Below are positions 19,416 to 29,006 of a stretch of DNA of 64,000 nt, piece by piece; position 1 is the stretch's first letter, and each line of letters opens with the position of its first letter. Source of the DNA: Solirubrobacterales bacterium (GTDB taxonomy: Bacteria; Actinomycetota; Thermoleophilia; Solirubrobacterales; Solirubrobacteraceae); NCBI GenBank assembly GCA_019247075.1, contig JAFAPR010000008.1:3074-67073 (forward strand), read 5' to 3'. A program made the position numbers and the translations under genes. Under the pieces are notes generated by a model. That model worked only from the letters and a program-made list of their open reading frames with translations. It was not told the origin of the DNA and made no database searches.

Positions 19416-20467
19416 CCGGCGCCGTGCACATCCGGTGGTTTCAGGAGTGCAACGCGTCGAGCACGCGCGAGGTGGGAGGCAAGTGCGCTTCACTCGGTGA
19501 TCTGATCGGCGCCGGCCTGTCCGTCCCTCCCGGATTTGCGGTGACGACCACGGCCCACGAGCTCTTCCTTCAAAGCAGTGACGTGCGCGGTCGCGAGGCC
19601 GAGCTGCTCGCGTCGGTCGACTACGAGAGCCTTCCGCAGGTGACCGCGGCGAGTCAGGAGCTCCGCTCGATGGTGGACCGCGCCGAGCTGCCGCCGAGCA
19701 CCGCCGGTGCGGTCCGCGCCGCCTACGGCGAGCTGTGTGGCGAGGAGGGGGCAGACGTGCCGGTGGCGGTCCGCTCGAGCGCCGGCGCAGAGGACCTCGC
19801 CGGAGCCAGCTTCGCGGGTCAGCTCGAGACGTATCTGTGGGTGGAGGGGGCGGATGCGGTCCTCGAGCACGTGCGACGGTGCTGGGGAGGCTTCTTCACC
19901 CCCGAGGCCCTGACGTATAGACACCGGCAGAAGGTCGACTCGGCTGACGAGCTGATGAGCGTGGGAGTCCAGCGCATGGTCCGCGCCCGGTCCGCGGGAG
20001 TCATGTTCACGCTCAACCCGGTCAACGGCGATCGGTCGAAGGTCGTGATCGAATCGACGTGGGGGCTGGGTGAGCCGTTGGTGGCCGGTGAAGTGGATCC
20101 GGACCGATTCGTTGTGGACAAGGTGATGCTCGAAGTGCTCGAAAAGTCGGTCTCCGAGAAGCTGATCGAGCACCGGCCGGACTTGGCGCGCCGTCGGGTG
20201 GTGGTGGCGGATGTGGAGGAGGGTCGCCGCAGCGCCGCCTCGCTATCCGACGCCGAGGCCGTCGAGCTTGCGCGACTGGGCAAGACGATCGAGCGTCACT
20301 ACGGCATCCCGCAGGACGTTGAGTGGGCCATCGACGCCGACAGCGGCTCGCTGGTGGTACTCCAAGCGCGGCATGAGACGGTGTGGAGCCGCCGCGAGCG
20401 CCGGCCGACCGTCCAGAAAAAGGGCAGCGCACTGGAGTACGTGCTGGCGGACCTGCTGAAGCGCTGA
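19412..20467 (+). CDS. PEP synthase/PPDK N-terminal ATP-binding domain protein (phenylphosphate synthase B-like)
   Basis: VGGKCASLG, VPPGF, VAVRSSA..ED...SFAGQ, QRMV, GLGE.LV.G, QDVEWA, LQAR; ATGA overlap. Confidence 0.92.
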   Translation: MTGAVHIRWFQECNASSTREVGGKCASLGDLIGAGLSVPPGFAVTTTAHELFLQSSDVRGREAELLASVDYESLPQVTAASQELRSMVDRAELPPSTAGAVRAAYGELCGEEGADVPVAVRSSAGAEDLAGASFAGQLETYLWVEGADAVLEHVRRCWGGFFTPEALTYRHRQKVDSADELMSVGVQRMVRARSAGVMFTLNPVNGDRSKVVIESTWGLGEPLVAGEVDPDRFVVDKVMLEVLEKSVSEKLIEHRPDLARRRVVVADVEEGRRSAASLSDAEAVELARLGKTIERHYGIPQDVEWAIDADSGSLVVLQARHETVWSRRERRPTVQKKGSALEYVLADLLKR

Positions 20468-20513
20468 GGCAGGCGTTCGCGGGAAGAAAGACACGACAAG
20501 GAGGCGTACGTAA

Positions 20514-21578
20514 GTGGGAGTCCCGACCGCAACCTATTTCCGGACCGCTCAGCTCGTCCCCCTCTTTCAGCGGATGCTCGAGCGTTGCAAGCTGACCGAA
20601 GACGAGACGATCCTGGTTGTCAGCGACCCGGATTCGAACCAGGAATATGTTGCGGCGATGTTTGCGGCGGCCCGGTCCTTCGGCGCGGATGCAATGTCGT
20701 TGATGCTCCCGCCGCCCCCGCCCGAACAGGCGGTGTTCATCCGCACCGGCAACATCTCTTCCACGATCGTGGCGAGCTCCAAGAAGGCGCTGGAGTTCCT
20801 GAAGATGGCGGATTTTGTGATCGACATGACCTCGGTTGGGCTGCTGCACACCAAGGAACAGGTTGCCGTGCTCGAGGCCGGTACTCGAATGCTCATGGTG
20901 CACGACCCCGTCGAGGCACTCGAGCGCATGTTCCCGACCGATGAGGACAAGGAACGCATCCAGCGCCACGGCCGGCGGCTCCGCGAAGCAAAGCGGGTGC
21001 GAGTTCAGTCGGATAACGGCACCGAGGTGTGGTTCGACAAGGCCGACCGTCCCGTGATCGAGCAGTGGGGCTGGACCGACGAGCCCGGCCGCTGGGATCA
21101 TTGGCCGGGGGCGTTCGCGTATACGGCGCCGACCGAGGGCGTGGGCGAGGGCCTGATCGTGCTCGACCCCGGCGACGTCTGGTACCCACCGAAGCGCTAT
21201 ATCGCGACGCCGGTGACGATGACGTTTGAGAACGGGGCCGCGGTGAAGATCGAGGGGGGCTGGGATGCCCGCATGATCCGCGAGTACATCGAAGGCTGGC
21301 AGGAGCCCGAGGGCTACATGATCTCCCACATCGGATTCGGTGGCCACCGGCGGGGACTGTGGAACGCCGTGCTGTTCCAGGATCCGCTCGACATCATCGG
21401 CCAGGACGGACGCACCGCGTGGGGTACGACGCTGTTCGCGCTCGGCTCGAACGTGACCTTCGGGGGGACCCATGCGACCGGGTGCCATCAGGACTTCGCG
21501 CTCAAGCAGCAGCGGTTCTATCTCGACGACGAGCTGGTCGCAGACAGCGGCAGGGTGATCCCGGATTACCTTCATTAA
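20514..21578 (+). CDS. NicX-like ring-cleavage dioxygenase, divergent paralog 2
   Basis: LLHTKEQ, WTDEPGRWDHWPGAF, SHIGFG, CHQDFAL; AAGGAGG RBS. Confidence 0.82.
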   Translation: MGVPTATYFRTAQLVPLFQRMLERCKLTEDETILVVSDPDSNQEYVAAMFAAARSFGADAMSLMLPPPPPEQAVFIRTGNISSTIVASSKKALEFLKMADFVIDMTSVGLLHTKEQVAVLEAGTRMLMVHDPVEALERMFPTDEDKERIQRHGRRLREAKRVRVQSDNGTEVWFDKADRPVIEQWGWTDEPGRWDHWPGAFAYTAPTEGVGEGLIVLDPGDVWYPPKRYIATPVTMTFENGAAVKIEGGWDARMIREYIEGWQEPEGYMISHIGFGGHRRGLWNAVLFQDPLDIIGQDGRTAWGTTLFALGSNVTFGGTHATGCHQDFALKQQRFYLDDELVADSGRVIPDYLH

Positions 21579-21582
21579 AGGC

Positions 21583-22455
21583 ATGAAGTCGGCCCCGTTC
21601 ACCTACGTGCGACCGGCCTCTGTGGAGGAAGCACTGCACGTCCTCGATGAACAAGCGGGGGCCGCACGGATCCTCGCCGGAGGCCAGAGCCTGGTGCCGA
21701 TGCTGCAGATGCGCCTGATGCAACTGGATGCGCTCGTCGATATCAACCGTCTCCCCGGCCTCGACGAGGTCCGGGCCGCGGGCGCGGAGACGATCTTCGG
21801 CCCGCTGGTGCGCTACGCGACGATCGAGAGGCTGCCGCTCGTAGCGGAGCGGCTTCCGCTGCTTCAGTGCGTGATGCGCTTCGTGGGCGACCCTCAGATC
21901 CGCAACCGGGGCACCATCGGTGGCAGCCTCGCTCAAGCCGACCCGACCGGGGAGGTCCCCCTTTCCTGTCTCGCCCTCGACGCGACGATCGTGGCGGCGA
22001 GCGTGTCCGGTACTCGCGAGATCTTGATCGACGACTTTCTCGTGAGCTCGTACACCACCGCGCTCGAGCCCGGCGAGATGATCACCGAGATCCGTTTCCC
22101 ACTCGCCCCCCACCACTTCGCGTTCCTCGAGCGCAACCGCAAGCACAACGACTTCGCGGTGGTCAATGTCGCGGTCGTCGGCCGCCGCGGCAGCGACGGC
22201 GGCTGGTCGGATCTGCGAATCGCGCTCGGCGGCGTCAGCGACCGAGTGGTCCTGGCCGTCGAGTCGGCGGCACTGCTCGAGGGCACGACGCTGGAGGAGG
22301 ACGCGATTGCCCAAGCCGCCCAGCTCGCCCTCGACGTCATAGATCCCCCGACGGACGTCCGGGGAACGGCGGAGTACCGTCGGCACCTCGTCCCCGTGTA
22401 CGTCCGCCGTGCGCTCTCCAAGCTGCGCGACGATCACGAGCCTTTCGATGCCTGA
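21583..22455 (+). CDS. Mo-hydroxylase FAD-binding (medium, CoxM-like) subunit
   Basis: LAGGQSLVPM, QIRNRGTIGGS, DVRGTAEYR. Confidence 0.93.
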   Translation: MKSAPFTYVRPASVEEALHVLDEQAGAARILAGGQSLVPMLQMRLMQLDALVDINRLPGLDEVRAAGAETIFGPLVRYATIERLPLVAERLPLLQCVMRFVGDPQIRNRGTIGGSLAQADPTGEVPLSCLALDATIVAASVSGTREILIDDFLVSSYTTALEPGEMITEIRFPLAPHHFAFLERNRKHNDFAVVNVAVVGRRGSDGGWSDLRIALGGVSDRVVLAVESAALLEGTTLEEDAIAQAAQLALDVIDPPTDVRGTAEYRRHLVPVYVRRALSKLRDDHEPFDA

Positions 22456-22939
22456 GCGGGTCGAGGTCACGATCTCGGTCAACGGCCGCAAGCACCGCCG
22501 GCAGGTCGAGCCACGGATGCACTTGGCGGACTTCCTGCGCCATGAGCTGGGGCTGACGGGCACCCACATCGGCTGTGAGCAGGGCGTATGCGGAAACTGC
22601 ACCGTGCTGGTCGACGGCCAGGCCGTGAAGTCCTGCCTGATGTTCGCGGCGCAGGCAGACGGGCAGCGCGTGACCACCGTCGAGTCGCTGGCCGAGGAGG
22701 AACTGCATCCACTGCAACAGGCCTTCAAGGATGCGCACGCCCTGCAATGCGGTTACTGCACGCCCGGATTCTTGATGGCCGCCGCAGCGATCGCTGCGGA
22801 GGGCCGAAGGCCTAGTCGCGAGGAGCTTCGCGAGGAGCTCTCGGGCGTGATCTGTCGCTGCACGGGCTACGAGAACATCCTCATCGCCGTCGAGCGTTAC
22901 CTGGAGGACCGGGGAGAGGTGGAGGCGGTGGGTGGCTGA
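22448..22939 (+). CDS. Mo-hydroxylase 2x[2Fe-2S] (small, CoxS-like) subunit
   Basis: GCEQGVCGNCTV, QCGYCTPG, CRCTGY. Confidence 0.94.
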   Translation: MPERVEVTISVNGRKHRRQVEPRMHLADFLRHELGLTGTHIGCEQGVCGNCTVLVDGQAVKSCLMFAAQADGQRVTTVESLAEEELHPLQQAFKDAHALQCGYCTPGFLMAAAAIAAEGRRPSREELREELSGVICRCTGYENILIAVERYLEDRGEVEAVGG

Positions 22940-25322
22940 GGTTGTGCAGACCACGCGGACTTCGCTACGCGAGGGTCGTATCGGATCCTCGGTCAGCCGA
23001 AAGGAGGACGACAGGCTGCTGCGCGGCGAGGGCCGCTTCACCGACGACGTCGAGCCGGGCCACTGCCTCCACATGGCCGTCGGTCGCTGCCCGTTCCCCC
23101 ACGCCCGGATCCTCTCCATCGATGTCTCGCAGGCCGTCGCGCTCGAGGGCGTCGAGGACGTCCTGGTCGGCTCCGACGTTGTAAGCCGCAGTGACCCGAT
23201 CAGCGTGCTGCGCCCGGTCGCTGACGCGCCGGACCTGGGCTTCTATGCGATGGCGACCGACGTCGCCGTGTTCGAAGGCCACCCGGTGGTTAGTGTCGTG
23301 GCGGTGAGCCGGCACGTGGCGGAGGACGCGATTGGGTTGATCGACGTCGACTACGAGCCGCTGCCGCACGTCTTCGACGTCGAGTCGGCGATGGATCCGC
23401 GCTCGCCGGTGCTGCACCCGCGCGTGCTGAAGTCCAACCTGCTCGTCAAGCGGTTGACCGGGGCCGGCGATCCCGAGGCCAGGCTGGCTGAGGCGGATGT
23501 GGTGGTCGAGGAGCGCTTTTCCATCAACCGCGTCAGCCCCTTGCCAATGGAGACTCGCGCGATCGTGGCGGAGTGGCAGGCCGGCGCGCGCGAGCTGACC
23601 GTGCGCCACTCCACACAGGTTCCGCACCTCGTCCGCAAGCAACTGGCGGAGTCACTGCGACTCGAGGATGGCGCGGTGAGAGTTATCGCCACCGACGTCG
23701 GCGGCGGGTTTGGATTGAAGCTCGGGATCTACCCAGAGGACGTGCTGGCGTGTTTGCACGCGATGCGCGCCCGGCGCCCGGTGAAGTGGGTCGAGGACCG
23801 AATCGAGTTCTTCCGCGCCAGCACCCACGGCCGCGAATCGGTTCACAGCGTGCGCGTCGGCGCGCGCTCCGACGGCCAGATCACCGGCATGTTCGATGCC
23901 TACGCGGTCGACAGCGGCGGCTACAACTCCCCGATGGGATCGCCGCAGCTCACCAGCCACATGTTCACCGGCCCTTACCGGGTGAACGATGCGGGGACCG
24001 AGCACAGCGTGATCCTGACTAACAAGGCGCCCGTGGGGGCCTACCGCGGCTACGGCCAGCCCGAGTCCTGCTTTGTGCGCGAGCTGCTGATCGATAGGCT
24101 GGCCTGCCGCCTGGGCCGCGATCGGGTGGAGCTACGCGCTCAGAACATGCTGCACTCGCAGGACATGCCGTGGCAGAGCACCTCTGGCGCGACCTACGAC
24201 AGCGGCGATTACGAGGCGTGCCTACGGATGGCGGCGCAGGCAATTGGCTATGAAGAGCATGTCAAGCGGGGCCGCGGTCCCGGCACGGACGGGCGCTATA
24301 CAGGCGTGGGCCTCGCGTCGTTCGTCGAACGCACCGGTTACGCGAGCTCAAAGTTCCTCGCCAGGCGGGGGTCGCGCTTCGGTGCCCACGAAAGCGTGAC
24401 GTTGCGCGCCAACCGTTCCGGCGGCGTAGATGTCTACAACGGAGTGTCGACGTTCGGGGTGGGAACCGAGACCTCATTTGCCCAGATCGTCGCCGATGTC
24501 ATCGGCATCGACTTCGACTCAGTCCGCGTTCACCTGGGCGACACCGGGGCATCGCCGCTAAACACGGGCGGGTTTGCGTCGAGGACCCTGATCGCCTCGG
24601 CCGGGGCGCTCCGGCAGGCCGCCGAGGAGCTCCGCGCCAAGATCTTGCGCATCGGCGCGTTCATGCTCGACTCAGACCCGGAGGATGCCGTGATCTCCAG
24701 GGGCGTGGTCTGTCTTCGCGACGACCCAAACGCGTGTCTCCCGCTCGCCGAGGTGTACGACCGCGCCATCATCAACCAGGGAATGCCGCCCGGCGAGGAG
24801 CCCGGACTCGAGTCCGGCGCGCAGTTCGAACCTGAGGCGGCCGCGTACGGATACGGGACGGCGGCGGCGCGCGTGTCGGTGGACCCGGAGACGGGCGACT
24901 TCGACGTCGAGCGGTTCGTGATGGTGCACGACTGCGGTACGCCCGTGAATCCGGTCCTCATAGACGGCCAGGTGCTCGGCGGGCTGGCGCAAGGGTACGG
25001 GCAGGCCGTGATGGAGGAGCTTCGCTACGACGAGGAGACCGGACAGCTCATCAACGGCACGATGATGGACTACTTTATGCCCACCGCGGCCGACCTGCCC
25101 GAGATCGAGCTGCAGCACACGTTCGTCAAGTCACCGGTCACGCCTTTCGGAGTTCGCGGGGTGGGGGAGGTGGGGACCGTTCCCGGATGCGCGACGATCG
25201 CCAGTGCGATCTGCGACGCGCTCGCCGACTTCGGCGTTGAGATCAACCGCCTGCCGCTTTCCCCGGAGTCGGTCTGGCGCGCGCTCAATCAAGCGAAGGC
25301 GTCGAGGGAGGTGCGGTCGTGA
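22932..25322 (+). CDS. Xanthine-dehydrogenase-family Mo-binding (large) subunit; putative hydroxypyridine dehydrogenase
   Basis: RKEDDRLLRG.G, VGGGFGLK, AYRGYGQPE, GFASR, QG.GQA..EE, RGVGEVG; not the form I CODH motif AYRCSFR. Confidence 0.9.
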   Translation: MAEVVQTTRTSLREGRIGSSVSRKEDDRLLRGEGRFTDDVEPGHCLHMAVGRCPFPHARILSIDVSQAVALEGVEDVLVGSDVVSRSDPISVLRPVADAPDLGFYAMATDVAVFEGHPVVSVVAVSRHVAEDAIGLIDVDYEPLPHVFDVESAMDPRSPVLHPRVLKSNLLVKRLTGAGDPEARLAEADVVVEERFSINRVSPLPMETRAIVAEWQAGARELTVRHSTQVPHLVRKQLAESLRLEDGAVRVIATDVGGGFGLKLGIYPEDVLACLHAMRARRPVKWVEDRIEFFRASTHGRESVHSVRVGARSDGQITGMFDAYAVDSGGYNSPMGSPQLTSHMFTGPYRVNDAGTEHSVILTNKAPVGAYRGYGQPESCFVRELLIDRLACRLGRDRVELRAQNMLHSQDMPWQSTSGATYDSGDYEACLRMAAQAIGYEEHVKRGRGPGTDGRYTGVGLASFVERTGYASSKFLARRGSRFGAHESVTLRANRSGGVDVYNGVSTFGVGTETSFAQIVADVIGIDFDSVRVHLGDTGASPLNTGGFASRTLIASAGALRQAAEELRAKILRIGAFMLDSDPEDAVISRGVVCLRDDPNACLPLAEVYDRAIINQGMPPGEEPGLESGAQFEPEAAAYGYGTAAARVSVDPETGDFDVERFVMVHDCGTPVNPVLIDGQVLGGLAQGYGQAVMEELRYDEETGQLINGTMMDYFMPTAADLPEIELQHTFVKSPVTPFGVRGVGEVGTVPGCATIASAICDALADFGVEINRLPLSPESVWRALNQAKASREVRS

Positions 25323-25966
25323 AGGTCCAGGAGCAGTTCGTCGTGGCCGAGCCCGCCAGCACCGTGTGGGAGTTCTTCGAGCAGGTTGATCGGGTCGCCC
25401 GCTGCGTTCCTGGCGTCGAGGACGTGACCGTCGTGGACGATCAGAACTCGCGCGTGCGAGTCACCCAGGCTGTGGGCCCGATGAGCGCCACTTTCGACAT
25501 GAAAATGCGGATCACAGCGCGCGAGCGCGGCCGCTCGATGGAGTTCACCGGGGTCGGCCGCAGTGTTCGGGGAGCGGCTGGCAACGTCCGTTCGACCAAC
25601 CGCGTACAGCTGGAGGAGGCCGAAAACGGATCCACCCGGGTGCTCCTCGAGAGCGACGTCGCGCTTGGCGGGATGCTTGGATCGGTGGGCCAAAAGGTTG
25701 TGGCAAAGCAGGCGAGCGTCGTGACCAAGGCGTTCGCGGAGGCGCTCGAACAGGAGCTGTCCGGCGGTCCGGGCGAGGTGGGGGAGCCGCGTGTTGCTGC
25801 GGATACGGCTACGACATCGGCGGGTGCGGACGCGGCCGAGCCGCTTGTCTCTGGGCTCTCCCCCGAGGTGCCGGGGTCCCGGGGACCGACGACGACGAAC
25901 CTCGCCATCGCCGGTGGTGTACTTCTGGTCATGTTGCTGATCCTCCGCCGGGTGAAGTCGCGATGA
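25319..25966 (+). CDS. SRPBCC/CoxG subunit with C-terminal membrane anchor
   Basis: VW.FF....VARCVPG, LGG.LG..G, C-terminal hydrophobic helix followed by RRVKSR. Confidence 0.88.
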   Translation: MKVQEQFVVAEPASTVWEFFEQVDRVARCVPGVEDVTVVDDQNSRVRVTQAVGPMSATFDMKMRITARERGRSMEFTGVGRSVRGAAGNVRSTNRVQLEEAENGSTRVLLESDVALGGMLGSVGQKVVAKQASVVTKAFAEALEQELSGGPGEVGEPRVAADTATTSAGADAAEPLVSGLSPEVPGSRGPTTTNLAIAGGVLLVMLLILRRVKSR

Positions 25967-26733
25967 GCGCCCCGACCCGAGTCGGCCTGGTCGTCCCGAG
26001 CTCGAACACGACGATCGAGACCGAGGTACCTCAGATGCTCAGCCGGCGAGCGGCGGTGACCGGCGAGGCGTTTACCTTCCACTCGAGTCGAGCCGTGCTG
26101 CACAGAGTCGATGCGGAGTCACTGGACCGCATGGTGGGCCAGGTTGATCGCTGCGCGCGCGAGCTCGCAGATGCGCGCGTCGACGCCATCGTCTATGCCT
26201 GCCTGGTGGCGGTGATGGCTCGGGGGCCGGGCGAGCATGAGAGGGTCGAGCAACAGCTCCGTGAAGCGGCGCAGCGCCCGGAAGACGGCTATGAACCGGT
26301 GATCTCGTCCAGCGCCGGCGCGCTCGTGCGCTCCTTGGGCGCCCATCGCGTGCACAAGGTCGCGATCCTCACGCCATACGTCGAAGCGCTCACCGAGCAG
26401 GTCGTGGGCTACCTGACGGCCGCCGGTGTGACCACCACGGACGCGATGAGCCTCGGCGTCCCGGACAACGTCAAGGTCGCGCAGCTCGACCCGATGCGCT
26501 TACCGGAGCTCGCGGCGCAGATGGACCTGTCTTCGGCGGACGCGCTGATCATCTCGGCGTGTGTACAGATGCCGTCCCTTGCCGCGATCCCGATCGCCGA
26601 GCGTCAGCTTGACCTGCCCGTCCTGTCGGCGACGAGCGCAACCGTGCACGATCTCCTCGTCGGTCTCGGTCTATCGCCCGAGGTTCCGGACGCCGGGGCG
26701 CTCTTGAGCGGCTCTGAAGCGCTCGCGGCCTGA
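25963..26733 (+). CDS. nicE: Maleate cis-trans isomerase (Asp/Glu racemase family)
   Basis: VPSSNTTIETEVP, YACLVAVM, SACVQMPSL. Confidence 0.9.
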   Translation: MSAPTRVGLVVPSSNTTIETEVPQMLSRRAAVTGEAFTFHSSRAVLHRVDAESLDRMVGQVDRCARELADARVDAIVYACLVAVMARGPGEHERVEQQLREAAQRPEDGYEPVISSSAGALVRSLGAHRVHKVAILTPYVEALTEQVVGYLTAAGVTTTDAMSLGVPDNVKVAQLDPMRLPELAAQMDLSSADALIISACVQMPSLAAIPIAERQLDLPVLSATSATVHDLLVGLGLSPEVPDAGALLSGSEALAA

Positions 26734-26750
26734 AGCGGCTCATTCCTGCG

Positions 26751-27647
26751 ATGCCGGTCGCAATTCAAATACCGAACGTTCGCGCCTCGGGTGCCCCCGG
26801 GGCGAGCGAGCTGGCCGAGATGCTGAAGCGAGCCGAGCACGCGGGTTTTCACAGCGCTTGGGTGATGGAGCACCAGCTGGGAGCAGCCTCGGCGTTGGAG
26901 TCGCTGTCGGTCCTGGCATTCGCCGCCGGCCAGACGAGCTCGATGGGCTTGGGTCTGGCCGTGGCCATCCTGGCCGTGCATCAGCCCGTGCGGCTGGCCC
27001 GTGAGGTGGCCACAATCGACCACCTGTCGGGTGGTCGCCTAACTCTGGGCGTAGGGATCGGGGCGTCAGGGCTTCCCTATGACGCATTCGGAATTACGGC
27101 CCGCGATCGGGCGTCGCGGTTTGAGGAGTACCTCGATGTCATGCGCCGCCTGTGGGAGGAGCCTCAGGTGGACTACAACGGGAGGTTCGTGAGGCTGAAT
27201 GCCGCGGCGATGGAGCCGAAACCGGTCCACCGCCCGCCACCGGTCTGGTTCGGTGGCTCGAGCCCGGCGGCACTGAGACGCACCGCTCGTCTGGCGGATG
27301 GTTGGATGGGCGCAGGTTCGAGCCCATCGAGCGCCTTTCCTGAAATGGTCTCGCAGCTGCGCGAGCAACTGGCAGTCCAAGGGCGGGATCCGAGCTCATT
27401 CCCAATCGGAAAGCGCGTCTACGTGGCGATCGAACGACCGGCGCAGGAGGTCAGGGAGTGGTTCCGCGCCGTGTACGGCCCCGCAATCTCTCCTGAGGTT
27501 GCCGTCACCGGGAGCGCAGCGGAAGTGGTGCGTGAGCTACGACGGATACGCGAGGCTGGAGCCGAGCTGCTCGTTGTGAGCCCTGTGGGCGATGACCGCC
27601 CGCAGCTCGACCTTGTGATCGAGCACGTGCTGCCTGCGCTGGACTGA
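26751..27647 (+). CDS. LLM-class flavin/F420-dependent oxidoreductase
   Basis: GFHSAWVMEH, ATIDHLSGGRL.LGVG, PKP...PPVWFGG, ADGW. Confidence 0.88.
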   Translation: MPVAIQIPNVRASGAPGASELAEMLKRAEHAGFHSAWVMEHQLGAASALESLSVLAFAAGQTSSMGLGLAVAILAVHQPVRLAREVATIDHLSGGRLTLGVGIGASGLPYDAFGITARDRASRFEEYLDVMRRLWEEPQVDYNGRFVRLNAAAMEPKPVHRPPPVWFGGSSPAALRRTARLADGWMGAGSSPSSAFPEMVSQLREQLAVQGRDPSSFPIGKRVYVAIERPAQEVREWFRAVYGPAISPEVAVTGSAAEVVRELRRIREAGAELLVVSPVGDDRPQLDLVIEHVLPALD

Positions 27648-27690
27648 GTCGCCGGATCGCCCCCCGTCCGTCACGGGCTAGCCTGCTCAG

Positions 27691-29006
27691 GTGCCGCTCA
27701 GCAAGCTCCGGCCCGACCTGCGCTCACTTCGTGAGAGCCGCGACCTACGCCGGGTGGTGTTCGGCAACGTCGTGTCGAACCTGGGCACGCAGGCCACTCT
27801 CGTGGCCCTTCCGTACCAGCTTTACATCGAGACGCACTCACCGTTGCTGGTCGGACTTCTGGGAGCGGTCGAGCTCGTGCCGCTGGTTACGGCCTCCTTG
27901 CTCGGTGGGGCAATCGCGGACCGCATGGACCGCCGTCGCCTCTTGCTGCTTGACCAGATCGGCTTGGTATTGACCGCTGGCGCCCTCGCGGGCGCCGCTT
28001 TTGTGGGACATCCGCCGGTCGTGCTCATTTACGCGCTCGCGGCCGTCCTGGCGGGTTTTGCGGCCCTTCAGAACGTGGCGCGGTCGGCGATCATCCCCAA
28101 CCTCGTTGACGCAAGCCGGCTGCGCTCGGCGCTTGCGATCAACTATGGGCTGATCCAGGTGACGATGGTTGTGGGACCCGGGCTAGGCGGTCTGCTGATC
28201 GGCGCTTTTGGCTTGCCATGGGCCTACGCGGCGGATGCGATCAGCTGCTTCGCGATGGTATTTGGCGCTTGGGCCATCGGCCCCCAGCGGCCCGCGATTT
28301 CCCAGGCGCACCAGCCGGTCCTTCAATCGGTGGCCGAGGGTCTGAGGTTCGTCCGAGGTAACCAAGCCTTGCTTGGCTCGTTCGCGATCGACCTCGTCGC
28401 GATGACCTTCGGCATGCCTCGAGCGCTCTTCGCCGTCCTCTCGGTGAGCGTCTATCACGCGGGGCGCCGGGAACAGGTGTGCTCTACGCGTCGGTCTCCG
28501 TCGGAGCCTCGGTCGCGGCGCTGACGACCGGCTGGCTCACGCACGCCCGCCGCCTCGGCATGATCGTGATCTGGGCTGTGGTGGTCTGGGGTTCGGCGGT
28601 CGCTCTGGCCGGCTTTGCGGGATCGCTGTGGTTAGCCGCAGCGCTGCTCGCGCTCGCGGGCGCCGCCGACTCGGTCAGCGCCGTGTGCCGGACGACCATA
28701 AACCAGACCGTGACTCCCGACACGATGCGCGGCCGGATGTCGGCGGTTTACATGCTGGTGGTGGCCAGCGGGCCACGTGTGGGCGACATCGAGTCAGGAT
28801 CGGTGGCCAGCGTCGCCGGAGTCCGCTTTTCGGTCGTTTCCGGTGGCCTGCTGTGTCTGATCGGGACGGCCGGTATCGTGGCGGCCTTCCCCGCGCTGAG
28901 ACGCTATGGCCAAGAACCAGTGGGTTCAGAGCCGACGGCGCGTGGTGGACGGTCTCGGAGCGAGATCGTCCCCTCCGGACCGGCGACCAACCCGGTTGAC
29001 ACGTAG
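27691..29006 (+). CDS. MFS transporter (EntS-like), frameshifted at about 28461-28464
   Basis: GGAIADRMDRRR, DLVAMTFGMPRALF; the second half (RGRM...GPRVGD.ESG) joins if one G is added in GGGG. Confidence 0.85.

Noticed and set aside
14631-20467. PEP synthase/PPDK or rifampicin phosphotransferase
   Set aside because: No pyruvate-binding TIM barrel; split architecture inside a catabolic cluster.
20022-21602. Long antisense and alternative-frame ORFs (this 526-aa one and many others in the track)
   Set aside because: Arg/Pro/Ala-rich shadows of real genes caused by high-GC codon bias; no motifs.
21583-25966. Aerobic CO dehydrogenase (coxMSLG)
   Set aside because: Active-site loop is AYRGYG, not form I AYRCSFR; no coxDEF; context is pyridine catabolism.
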